This document shows positions 26,878-35,272 of a stretch of 50,707 bases of DNA, one piece after another. The position numbers and the translations under genes were made by a program. Source of the DNA: Fidelibacterota bacterium (GTDB lineage Bacteria > Verrucomicrobiota > Kiritimatiellia > JAIPIQ01). Position 1 is the first letter of the stretch. Every line of letters starts with the position of its first letter. Below the pieces are notes generated by a model. It was not told the DNA's origin. It did no database searches and saw only the letters and a list, made by a program, of their open reading frames with translations. The stretch covers positions 1 through 50,707 of the forward strand of contig JAIPIQ010000002.1 of the NCBI GenBank assembly GCA_021734645.1, written 5' to 3'.

Positions 26878-28041
26878 ATGGGTAGGAAGCTGAGGCGCGC
26901 GATGCAGTCGGAAAAGGCAAAGTCATCAACAGGCTGGATGTTGCGGGTGGCCCAGGACGCGCAACGCGCGGATATTCTGTATCTTACACGGTTTCAAGCC
27001 CCCGATCCGTTCCTGTTGCTGACGCATCCCCGGCAGGGGCGCATCCTGTTGGTGAGCGAGCTGGAATACGGGCGGGCACGCCGCTGCGCGCCGGTGACGG
27101 AAGTCTTGACGCCGCAGGATCTGGGCGCGGCCCGGCGCGCGCCGGGGCTGGCGGGCGAAGCCTGCGCCCTGCTGCGCGTGAAAGGCATTCGCCACGTGAC
27201 GGTGCCGGACGATTCTCCTGTGGGCTTGGTCGAGACGCTGCGCCGGGCGCACATCCGCGTCGCTTTGGCCCCCGCGCCGACGCTCCCCGAGCGCGCCGTC
27301 AAGTCTGCGCAGGAAATGCGCTGGATGCGATTGGCCCAACGCGCGGCCGTGGCGGCCATGCGCGCGTCGTTCGATGTAATCCATGCGGCTTCCGTCACCC
27401 CCGATGGCCGCTTGCGCCACCGCCGCGAAATCCTGACCAGCGAAGGCGTGCAGCGCGTGATCGAAGATACGCTCCGGGCACACAATTGCTCGGCCGAAGA
27501 AACCATCGTGGCCTGCGGTCCCGCCGCCGCTGATCCCCATGAACGCGGCGCCGGACCCCTCCAGGCCCACCGGCCAATTGTAATTGACATCTTCCCCCGC
27601 CAACGCCGCCATGGCTACTGGGGAGATCTGACGCGTACCGTCGTCAAGGGCCAGCCCGCCGCGCGCGCAGCCGCAGCCTATGCCGCCGTCCGCGCCGCGC
27701 ACCGCGCCGCCCTGGCCGCCCTGCGGCCCCGGCGCACCGGACGCGCCATTGATGCGCTGGCCCGCCGGGAAATCGCCGCCGCCGGTTTCGCCGTGCGCCG
27801 GGGCGACGGCCCCCCCCGCGGCTTCATCCATAGCCTCGGGCATGGCGTCGGCCTGGCCATTCATGAGGCCCCCCGGCTCAGCCCCCTGAGCCATGACCGC
27901 CTGCGCACCGGCCATGTGGTGACCGTCGAACCCGGCATCTACGAACCCGAATGGGGCGGCGTCCGCCTCGAAGATACCGTCGAAATCACCCCCACCGGCT
28001 ACCGCCTCCTCTGCCCCTGCCCCGATCCATTCCTGCTCTGA
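26878..28041 (+). CDS. M24-family Xaa-Pro aminopeptidase/dipeptidase
   Basis: C-terminal pita-bread motifs are DIFPRQRRHGYWGDLTRT, HSLGHGVGLAIHE, VVTVEPGIY and VRLEDTV. Confidence 0.85.
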   Translation: MGRKLRRAMQSEKAKSSTGWMLRVAQDAQRADILYLTRFQAPDPFLLLTHPRQGRILLVSELEYGRARRCAPVTEVLTPQDLGAARRAPGLAGEACALLRVKGIRHVTVPDDSPVGLVETLRRAHIRVALAPAPTLPERAVKSAQEMRWMRLAQRAAVAAMRASFDVIHAASVTPDGRLRHRREILTSEGVQRVIEDTLRAHNCSAEETIVACGPAAADPHERGAGPLQAHRPIVIDIFPRQRRHGYWGDLTRTVVKGQPAARAAAAYAAVRAAHRAALAALRPRRTGRAIDALARREIAAAGFAVRRGDGPPRGFIHSLGHGVGLAIHEAPRLSPLSHDRLRTGHVVTVEPGIYEPEWGGVRLEDTVEITPTGYRLLCPCPDPFLL

Positions 28042-28101
28042 ACCCGGACGAAACCACGAACAACAGGATAGGGACGCGGAGAAAAAGTGGCCGGTAACGG
28101 A

Positions 28102-28163
28102 GGAGAACGTCGAACATCGGAACGCCTAACGTCGAATTCAGAATGAACTGATCACTGGCCACT
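28102..28163. repeat. Repeat module C, inverted copy at the core/island junction
   Basis: GGAGAACGTCGAACATCGGAACGCCTAACGTCGAATTCAGAATGAACTGATCACTGGCCACTC aligns with the reverse complement of 1345-1412. Confidence 0.7.
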
Positions 28164-28295
28164 CCGTCCCCCTGCTGAAACGGTGAGGGACACTTGAAGG
28201 GAAAGAAAACAACCGCCAAGAGCGAAAAAGATTTTTTCGATGCAATTCACGGAAACGCGTGATATGGTTAGCCTACATTTTTACGAGAGGTGAAT

Positions 28296-29264
28296 ATGGC
28301 GACAGCCGAACAACTTAAGTCCTTGATAAGAGCGCATTTCAGCGATGATGCGGAGCGCTTCTACTCCGTTTCGTTACAGGTGGCCGCAGGGGAGGCCCGG
28401 CAGGGACATGCCGGCTTGGCGCATGATCTACGCGAAATCATCGACACCGAACGCAAGAAGGACGGGCCGCGACTGCTCAGCTTTCCGAGGGATCTCAAAG
28501 GCCTGGTATTGACCGAGGAGCCTTCAACGCCGCTTTCTGCTATGGTCTTGCCGACAGCGATCAGAACTCGGCTTCATCGAATCGTACATGAATATCGGCA
28601 GCAGAATAAGCTGAAGCAATATGGCTTGGTTCATCGACGCAAGATTCTGCTCATCGGACCGCCCGGAACAGGCAAGACTATGACAGCAGAGGTTTTGGCC
28701 AAGGAATTGGACCTTACGCTGAACACCATACAGGTGGATCGACTCGTCACCAAATTTATGGGTGAGACGGGCGCCAAACTAAGGCAGATATTCGATCTAA
28801 TGCAACAGGCTCATGGCGTCTATCTCTTTGATGAGTTCGATGCCATTGGCGGGGATCGATCACACGACAACGATGTCGGTGAGATTCGGAGGGTTCTCAA
28901 TGCCTTTCTTCAATTTATTGAGCAGGATACATCGGACAGCCTGATCATCGCGGCCACAAATAATCCCGGCTTGCTCGACCATGCCCTGTTCCGTCGTTTT
29001 GACGATGTATTGCATTACGATAGGCCCTCGATTGATCAGGTGAAGTCATTGATTGAAAACGTGTTGAGTACATTCATTGCGCCCAGGTTTATTTGGAAAC
29101 GTATTGTTCAAGCGTGTGACGGATTAAGTCATGCCGAGATTGACCATGCCTGCCGGGATGCGATTAAGACCGTGATTCTCAAGGATGCCAAACAGGTTCG
29201 GGCATCCGATCTTATGACGGCCATTATGGACCGCCAGAATGCACGCAGCGGGAGGAATGGGTAA
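28296..29264 (+). CDS. ietA: AAA+ ATPase, IetA-like
   Basis: ATG 28296 follows AGAGGTG. Walker A is LLIGPPGTGKTM, Walker B is VYLFDEFDA, and sensor/arginine blocks are IIAATNNPGLLDHALFRRF. It is co-directional with an S8 peptidase gene, with a 5-bp gap. The symbol is assigned from the two-gene architecture, not from measured identity. Confidence 0.6.
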   Translation: MATAEQLKSLIRAHFSDDAERFYSVSLQVAAGEARQGHAGLAHDLREIIDTERKKDGPRLLSFPRDLKGLVLTEEPSTPLSAMVLPTAIRTRLHRIVHEYRQQNKLKQYGLVHRRKILLIGPPGTGKTMTAEVLAKELDLTLNTIQVDRLVTKFMGETGAKLRQIFDLMQQAHGVYLFDEFDAIGGDRSHDNDVGEIRRVLNAFLQFIEQDTSDSLIIAATNNPGLLDHALFRRFDDVLHYDRPSIDQVKSLIENVLSTFIAPRFIWKRIVQACDGLSHAEIDHACRDAIKTVILKDAKQVRASDLMTAIMDRQNARSGRNG

Positions 29265-29269
29265 TTGCA

Positions 29270-31198
29270 ATGGAAACACAACTACCCCACCTCATCATTA
29301 ATAACTTTGACAGCACCAGGTTCACAACAGGCAAGAAAGGTGGTGATCCGCCACGGAGACCTCCGCGTGATCGAGTAGCGCATAGTGAAATACTGAAGCA
29401 GCAACTTGAGGCCATTAGCCGTGAATCCGATGATATTGCTGAGTATCGCCGCGCCAAGGAGACGGCGGCATTCTGGCTGGATCTTCCCAACAAGGAACAG
29501 GCCGAATGGGTTGCTTCTGTTCTCAACAGACTGAATATCGCCTCTAACCCCGGCACGGCGATTTGTATTCTGGATACCGGCGTTAACCGAGGACATCCGC
29601 TGCTTTCGCCCTTGCTGTCAGAGGCTGATTGCACGAGCTTTGATCCCCTTTGGGGGGCACACGACCATGACAAACATGGCACCTTAATGGCTGGTATTGG
29701 TGCGTACAACAATTTGCAGGAGTTGCTGGCGCACAATGACGATGTCGTCCTGCGACACTGCCTGGAATCAGTTAAAATCCTCCCGCCGCATGCGGCGAAC
29801 GATCCCAACTTATGGGGACATATTACCGCACAATCGCTTTACAAAGCAGAGATACAGGCGCCGAATCGCAAGCGGATCGCTTGCATGGCGGTCACATCGG
29901 CTGACACCCGTGATCGAGGTCGGCCTTCATCTTGGTCCGGGGTTTTGGATCAATTGTGTTCAGGGGCCGATGATGACAATCGGCGGTTTTTCGTCGTGAG
30001 CGCCGGGAACTCGGCCGAAGATTCACGTGCGGTTTACCCCGAAGCACAGGAGACGGATTCCGTTCATGACCCGGCACAGTCTTGGAATGCGCTCACCATT
30101 GGTGCTTACACAAAGCTCAACGACATCCGCGATCCGACGATGTCCGGCTATGAGCCCGTTGCGCCGCGCAATGGACTCTCGCCATTCAGCACGACTTCCA
30201 ATGAATGGGAAGACCGCTGGCCGATAAAGCCCGAACTGGTATTGGAAGGCGGAAATCTAGCGAAGGACGCAAACGGTTTTCAGACCGTTTCCGATGATTT
30301 GTCCCTGTTGTCAACCTATTACGATCCGCAGAGAGCGCACTTCTATCCGTTCTGCATGACAAGCGCCGCCACGGCACAGGCGGCCTGGATGGCGGCTCAG
30401 ATTCATGTCCGGTATCCCGAGTTCTGGCCGGAGACCGTGCGCGGGTTGATGGTACACTCAGCCAATTGGACGGACACGCTCAAGGCACAGTTCTGCGATA
30501 GCGAGAACAAGGCGTCGTACAAGCATTTACTGCGGACATGTGGTTACGGAGTTCCAAGTCTGGAAAAGGCGCTCTTTTCGGCCAGCAACCGTCTGACCAT
30601 GATATCCCAGGCTGAGATTCAGCCATTCGACAAAAAGGATGGTGGAGGATATCGAACTCTCGACATGCACCTCTATGAATTGCCCTGGCCGAAGGACGTT
30701 CTGCAGGCAATGCCCCCCCATGCTGATGTGAAAATAAGAGTCACGTTGTCTTACTTCATTGAACCAAGCCCAGGAGAGGTTGGTTGGAAGGACCGTTACC
30801 GGTACGCGTCCCACGGTTTACGGTTCGACTTGAATTCCCCCACGGAAACCAGAGACCAGTTCAAGCGCCGAATCAATCAGGCAGCCAGAGATGAGGAGAA
30901 CGGGCATCCGGGTACAAACAGCCCATCAGGCCATTGGGTTTTGGGGCAGGCGCGTGACAAGGGGTCCATTCATTCGGATATCTGGAAGGGCTCAGCGGCG
31001 GAATTGGCGGAATCCAACCTGATTGCAATATCTCCTCTAGTTGGTTGGTGGCGGGAACGGCCGCACAAGGGAAAATGGAACCGGAAAACCCGGTATGCCT
31101 TGATTATCTCGATCGAGACGCCGGAAACGGAAGTGGACATCTACACGCCGGTCAGCGTCCAGCTTCAGGCGCCGGTGTCCATAGGCATTTCTATATAG
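29270..31198 (+). CDS. ietS: S8 (subtilisin-like) serine peptidase, IetS-like
   Basis: 642 aa. Triad contexts are CILDTGVNRGHP (Asp), HDKHGTLMAG (His) and CMTSAATAQAA (Ser). There is no signal peptide. It is paired with the upstream AAA+ gene. Confidence 0.6.
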   Translation: METQLPHLIINNFDSTRFTTGKKGGDPPRRPPRDRVAHSEILKQQLEAISRESDDIAEYRRAKETAAFWLDLPNKEQAEWVASVLNRLNIASNPGTAICILDTGVNRGHPLLSPLLSEADCTSFDPLWGAHDHDKHGTLMAGIGAYNNLQELLAHNDDVVLRHCLESVKILPPHAANDPNLWGHITAQSLYKAEIQAPNRKRIACMAVTSADTRDRGRPSSWSGVLDQLCSGADDDNRRFFVVSAGNSAEDSRAVYPEAQETDSVHDPAQSWNALTIGAYTKLNDIRDPTMSGYEPVAPRNGLSPFSTTSNEWEDRWPIKPELVLEGGNLAKDANGFQTVSDDLSLLSTYYDPQRAHFYPFCMTSAATAQAAWMAAQIHVRYPEFWPETVRGLMVHSANWTDTLKAQFCDSENKASYKHLLRTCGYGVPSLEKALFSASNRLTMISQAEIQPFDKKDGGGYRTLDMHLYELPWPKDVLQAMPPHADVKIRVTLSYFIEPSPGEVGWKDRYRYASHGLRFDLNSPTETRDQFKRRINQAARDEENGHPGTNSPSGHWVLGQARDKGSIHSDIWKGSAAELAESNLIAISPLVGWWRERPHKGKWNRKTRYALIISIETPETEVDIYTPVSVQLQAPVSIGISI

Positions 31199-31239
31199 GA
31201 CTGAGTTCCGCGCCTCGGTGTGACAACGAAGGATTTGAT

Positions 31240-31347
31240 ATGGCAAAGAGCAACACCCGTCTGGAACTGACCTGGATCGGCAAGGAGAACCGGCCCAAGC
31301 TGGAGCCGCGTATCCTGATCGAAGACCCGGAGAAGTCCTATCACGCG
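31240..31347 (+). pseudogene. N-terminal remnant of a type III-like DNA methyltransferase (Mod)
   Basis: MAKSNTRLELTWIGKENRPKLEPRILIEDPEKSYHA is the characteristic N-terminus of site-specific DNA methyltransferases of type III R-M systems. Similarity stops after ~36 codons, where the repeat word CACACGAAGGCACGAAGG begins. Confidence 0.6.
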
Positions 31348-31475
31348 ACGTTTCGGCGGGGAAGAGAAGAAAATAGCTCACACGAAGGCACGAAGGAGGG
31401 CGAAAAGAGGCCGGTGCGGCGGTTTGGGAAGGCGAAGGACGAGGGGCCGACGCTGTTCGATTATGGGGGGCTGAA

Positions 31476-32633
31476 ATGATGAAGAAGGGCATTGCCTCAC
31501 ACGAAGCCACGAAGGCACGACGACCGTGGGTGCCGGTTTACGGCATTACGCCGAAGGCTGCGAAGGATTTGATGCGGATCGAGGCCATCCGGACGGAGAT
31601 TGCCCATATTCCCCTTCCGCCGCCCGTCGAAGCCGAGTTGCGCCGTCAGGCGCGGGTGCGTTCCACGCACTTTTCAACGCGGATCGAGGGGAACAGGCTG
31701 ACCTTGGACGAGGCCGAACGGGTTATTCGTGATGACAGGGCGGTCTTTCAAGGGCGTGAACGCGATGTCTCGGAGGTGCGGAACTATTGGAATGCGCGTT
31801 TGCGTGTGGAGGAGTGGGCGGAAAAGGGCCGCCCGGTGACGGAAGACCTGATCAGGCGTTTGCACGCGCTGGTCGAGAAAGGGCCGCGCGCTCGTGCGAC
31901 GCCTTATCGCGACGGGCAGAATGCCATTCGGGACGCGGCGAGCGGGGCGCTCGTTTATCTGCCCCCCGAAGCCAAGGATGTGCCTGAATTGATGTCGGGG
32001 CTGGCGGCTTGGATAGAATCGGCTCTGCGCCTGGATGTTCCCGCCCCCATGGTTGCCGGTCTTGCCCACTACCAGTTTGTCACGATTCATCCCTATTACG
32101 ACGGCAACGGACGGACCGCGCGCCTGCTGGCAACATTTATCCTGCATCGGTCCGGATACGGGTTGAACGGGTTCCTTTCCGTCGAGGAGTTCCATGCGCG
32201 CGATTTGGCCGGATACTACGCGGCCCTCGCCGTACATCCACACCACAACTATTACATGGGACGAGCTGAAGCGGATTTGAGCGGCTGGACGGAGTACTTC
32301 ACCGGAATCTTGACGCAGACCTATGAAGCGGTTGCGGTGGAAGCGCGTCGGCTTGTGGATGCCGGGATCCAGACGGAACCGGTCTTCCTGCGATCTCTCG
32401 ACCGGCGGGCACGTACCGCGCTCGCCCTTTTCGCGAAGACGGAGCGGATCGGCGCACGTGACATTGCCGAGGCGCTGGCCCTCTCGGAGCGGATGGCCCG
32501 CGTGCTGCTGAAAGAGTGGGTTGAGACGGGCTGGATAGAAGTGGCGGACCCCTCGCGCAAGGCCCGCGCCTACATCTTATCGGCACAATATCGGCAATAT
32601 ATGGACGGTTTATCGGCAACGATTGGCGGTTAA
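31476..32633 (+). CDS. Fic/DOC family protein (AMPylator-type) with N-terminal inhibitory motif and C-terminal wHTH-like tail
   Basis: The Fic motif is HPYYDGNGRTARLL. The upstream STRIEGN fits the (S/T)xxxE(G/N) autoinhibition helix. The first ~15 codons (MMKKGIASHEATKARRP) are encoded by a repeat word, so the start is uncertain. Confidence 0.85.
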   Translation: MMKKGIASHEATKARRPWVPVYGITPKAAKDLMRIEAIRTEIAHIPLPPPVEAELRRQARVRSTHFSTRIEGNRLTLDEAERVIRDDRAVFQGRERDVSEVRNYWNARLRVEEWAEKGRPVTEDLIRRLHALVEKGPRARATPYRDGQNAIRDAASGALVYLPPEAKDVPELMSGLAAWIESALRLDVPAPMVAGLAHYQFVTIHPYYDGNGRTARLLATFILHRSGYGLNGFLSVEEFHARDLAGYYAALAVHPHHNYYMGRAEADLSGWTEYFTGILTQTYEAVAVEARRLVDAGIQTEPVFLRSLDRRARTALALFAKTERIGARDIAEALALSERMARVLLKEWVETGWIEVADPSRKARAYILSAQYRQYMDGLSATIGG

Positions 32634-32634
32634 G

Positions 32635-32982
32635 CGGCAAGTTCCCGTGCCAATCTCCTTCGTGCTGAATTGGTTCAAGCCCGCCAAGGGCGACTTGCAG
32701 ATTCATTACCGCCACGATGAGTCCTACGAACCGGACTTCGTCGTTGAGGCGAAGACCGAAAAGTTCCTCTGCGAACCCAAGCGGGCCACGGAAATGACCG
32801 ATGAAACCGTTCAAGCCAAAGCGGCCGCCGCGGTTGCCTGGTGCCAGCATGCCACGGCCCATGCCAACGAAAACGGCGGCAAACCTTGGCGTTACCTGCT
32901 GATTCCGCATGACCATATCCGGGACCAGATGACCCTTGACGGCCTCGCCGCCAGCCACGATCTGACCCTATCCGCCCCGTGA
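32635..32982 (+). pseudogene. C-terminal remnant of a type III restriction enzyme Res subunit
   Basis: The pattern YEPDFVVEAKTEKFLCEPKRATEMTDETVQAKAAAAVAWCQHAT....GKPWRYLLIPHD is the conserved C-terminal nuclease-like module of Res/DEAD-helicase restriction subunits. No helicase domain or credible start precedes it. Confidence 0.55.
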
Positions 32983-33048
32983 ATCTTGGCCGACGGCGAA
33001 GCGCTCGAAAAAGCTAGTCGGCACAACTTCTGTGTCCCCGATGCAACC

Positions 33049-33741
33049 TTACAGAACGACGTCATCCCAGGACATGTGCTCCGCCACATAAGGCGGCAGG
33101 CATTGATCGAGTCGCATGCCAAACCACTTTTTCGAACTATCGAAGAGGGTGACTATGCCAATGATCTTCATGTCTTCCGTGATGAGCGGTCCCCCGGCCG
33201 CGCCGGGTTGCCAGGCGTCCGTTTTGAAACGAATGAACGGTTGGTCCTTCCAGACCTGGAATTCGACTGCGCGCACAGTCTTGCCATCGGGTTGAAAGTG
33301 GTACCCTTTGAGCACGGCCGATTTCGCGCCGGACTCGAACCGGATTCGGGCAGGTTTCAAGGGCTCATAGAGTTCCTCGTAGTAAGCGGCGAACGAAAAG
33401 CCACCGGTCACACCGGTGTCATCCGTATCTGAGTACAAGGTTTGCCCGCTCAAAACCATCACGTCCATGGAGGTGGACACAAGGCAAGTGACGTCGGTCT
33501 CGCGGGTGGGTTCAGCCGCGTATCGGACTGAGTAGAGGTGCAGATCGGGGGGGTAAATCGGAAAGGTCGGGCATAAATGGGCACAGGTGAAGATATGCTG
33601 TTGGCAGAGAATGCCGAGATTGAGGAATTGTTCTTCCTCGCCCTCATCCGGGACGGGGACCCGCCCGACGCACCCGAATCTCTCCGGAATCCGGGGCGCG
33701 GCAATTTGTACGATGGCATCGAGTATCTGCTGAGTCATCAT
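33049..33741 (-). CDS. Chymotrypsin-fold (trypsin-like) peptidase homolog lacking the Ser nucleophile
   Basis: AGGAGA lies 7 nt upstream of ATG 33741 (MMTQQ...). His context is FTCAHL (H55), Asp context is SMDVMVL (D93), and QPGAAGGPL (180-185) aligns with GDSGGP with Ala at the Ser position. The spacing fits H57/D102/S195. The longer 443-aa ORF in the track is rejected. Confidence 0.5.
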   Translation of the reverse strand: MMTQQILDAIVQIAAPRIPERFGCVGRVPVPDEGEEEQFLNLGILCQQHIFTCAHLCPTFPIYPPDLHLYSVRYAAEPTRETDVTCLVSTSMDVMVLSGQTLYSDTDDTGVTGGFSFAAYYEELYEPLKPARIRFESGAKSAVLKGYHFQPDGKTVRAVEFQVWKDQPFIRFKTDAWQPGAAGGPLITEDMKIIGIVTLFDSSKKWFGMRLDQCLPPYVAEHMSWDDVVL

Positions 33742-33829
33742 GCGTTTTCTCCTGTTTTGGGGCTGCACTGCGGTTTCAACTCCAATCATACGCGCCCCAA
33801 CGACAAAGGGTGTCGTGGGGTGGAAACGT

Positions 33830-34453
33830 TTAGCGGGGCGTCTCATACGAACCGAGTCCCAGTTCGGTGGCAAAGGCGGTCTGGATGTCGCAATAAGGGC
33901 GTGTGGCGGGCAGGAAGTCGGCCATTTCGAAGAAGAACGGCGGCTCGCCGGGTTCCGCGGCCCGGCCGACCCGCAGCCGGTAAAGCGTGAACGCCACCGG
34001 CGCGCTGTCCCCATACGATGCGCCGGTTTTCCGCTGCCCGACCACAACCAGGGCCGCCGAATCCGGCACGGATTCGGGCGGCCGCAAAACCCGGATGTCG
34101 CGCAAATCGCAGTCCGCCCCCGAGACCGTGCCCAGCGCATACTTTTCGGGATGGCCATCCAAACCGGGAAACGGCACCGCGTGCCAGGTGCCCCCGGCAA
34201 AGACAAAGAACAGGAAGATGTTGTGGCTATGGGCATTATAATTTTCCCGGCGGGCCATGAAGACCAGATCGGCCGCGCCATCCCCGTCCAGATCCACTTC
34301 GTTGGGGCCATTTCCCAGCGGAACAACCCGCCACGCTGCCAGCAGCGCCCGCCCCCGCTGCGCCACCGCCGGCGGCCCACTGCCCGCCCAACCCAGCCAA
34401 AGCCCCCCGACCAGCAACCCGCCCGTCAAAAGTAACATATTTACGGATTTCAC
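33830..34453 (-). CDS. Secreted hypothetical protein with FG-GAP/VCBS-like Ca-binding loop
   Basis: It has a signal-like N-terminus (MLLLTGGLLVGGLWLGWAGSG), DLDGDGAADLV and normal amino-acid composition. It overlaps, in another frame, the R/W-rich head of the 443-aa ORF. Confidence 0.55.
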   Translation of the reverse strand: MKSVNMLLLTGGLLVGGLWLGWAGSGPPAVAQRGRALLAAWRVVPLGNGPNEVDLDGDGAADLVFMARRENYNAHSHNIFLFFVFAGGTWHAVPFPGLDGHPEKYALGTVSGADCDLRDIRVLRPPESVPDSAALVVVGQRKTGASYGDSAPVAFTLYRLRVGRAAEPGEPPFFFEMADFLPATRPYCDIQTAFATELGLGSYETPR

Positions 34454-34492
34454 GAGCCCTCTATTCCTTGGATGAATTCAATGCTGGTCGGA

Positions 34493-34852
34493 TCAAGCAA
34501 TTTGTCGGTACTCTAAATCCACCTCAGCCGACCGTAATTCCGACAGCAGTTCCCGACGTTCCGTCGGGGTCAAGCGTTGAATCACCCGAATGATCTGATC
34601 CAAACGAATTGCGCGACCCAACGACAACTCCGCGACCGCAGGCGGATTCCAGTGTTCACTGTAGTAATAGCCACGCCGTTCCGGATGAAACACCAACGGC
34701 GCACCCAGCATATCTCTCATATATTCCACATCCCGGGCAACAGTCCGGGGAGAAACCTCATACAAACGGGCGAAACTGTTGCAATTGGGAAATGCCCGCT
34801 CCCGAATCCGCTCATCAAATGCCGCCAACCGCGCCAACTGGCTCTTCTTCAT
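34493..34852 (-). CDS. Small HTH transcriptional regulator (HTH_11/DeoR-type, like the N-terminal module of WYL regulators, no WYL domain)
   Basis: 119 aa. The pattern FPNCNSFARLYEVSPRTVARDVEYMRDMLGAPLVFHPERRGYYY is the typical HTH plus first strand of WYL-type regulators. GGAG lies upstream of the ATG. Confidence 0.6.
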   Translation of the reverse strand: MKKSQLARLAAFDERIRERAFPNCNSFARLYEVSPRTVARDVEYMRDMLGAPLVFHPERRGYYYSEHWNPPAVAELSLGRAIRLDQIIRVIQRLTPTERRELLSELRSAEVDLEYRQIA

Positions 34853-35098
34853 CCCTGACTCCTTTTGATTGGTTGAATCACGAACAAAAACAGCTTGAAA
34901 AGAAAATATTGCGACTGAAAAATTCTACAGATGAGAAAACCTGAATTTCTCCTTTATTTCGGCGCTATCTTATCAGGCTGACCGAAAAAATCAAGCAAAT
35001 TCTGCGGCGGGGGGGCGGAAAGCGCCTCGCATTATTGATAATTGCAGGTCAGCAGGACGGAGTGGCTCACGGGCGCCGCCCATAGTTATAAAAATTGC

Positions 35099-35148
35099 CA
35101 AGTTAACAAACTGAGGTGGTAAATTGTTAACTTGTCGAATTTGTTAAG
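35099..35148. promoter_or_regulatory. Operator-like inverted repeat CAAGTTAACAA-N14-TTGTTAACTTG plus a third half-site
   Basis: The perfect 11-bp arms lie at 35099-35109 and 35124-35134. A further AATTTGTTAAG lies at 35138-35148. All sit in the 420-bp A/T-richer gap upstream of the HTH gene and downstream of the ClpX-like gene. Confidence 0.45.
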
Positions 35149-35272
35149 AACGCGGTAGTCCTGTGCGGGGAGGTTGGTAATGCGTCGTTTCGCGGGTGTC
35201 TGCCAGGGCGGGCGGGGCAGAATGCCTTTGCGAGCAGTGGCGCAGCGACCTGTTGGACACGTAGTCCCGCCC

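Noticed and set aside
28042-28295. Search for a tRNA gene, att repeat or integrase at the island boundary (intergenic gaps elsewhere in the window were also searched)
   Set aside because: No cloverleaf-compatible sequence (for example a GGTTCGAATCC-type T-arm) or recombinase ORF was found, only repeat modules. Absence cannot be proven without tRNAscan or Infernal.
33742-34380. N-terminal 213 codons of the 443-aa ORF 33049-34380
   Set aside because: This part is R/W/G-rich (MGRRRWRSGGGRCWQRGG...). It overlaps, in another frame, a gene with a signal peptide and normal composition (33830-34453). A strong AGGAGA-ATG start exists at 33741, so the ORF was split.
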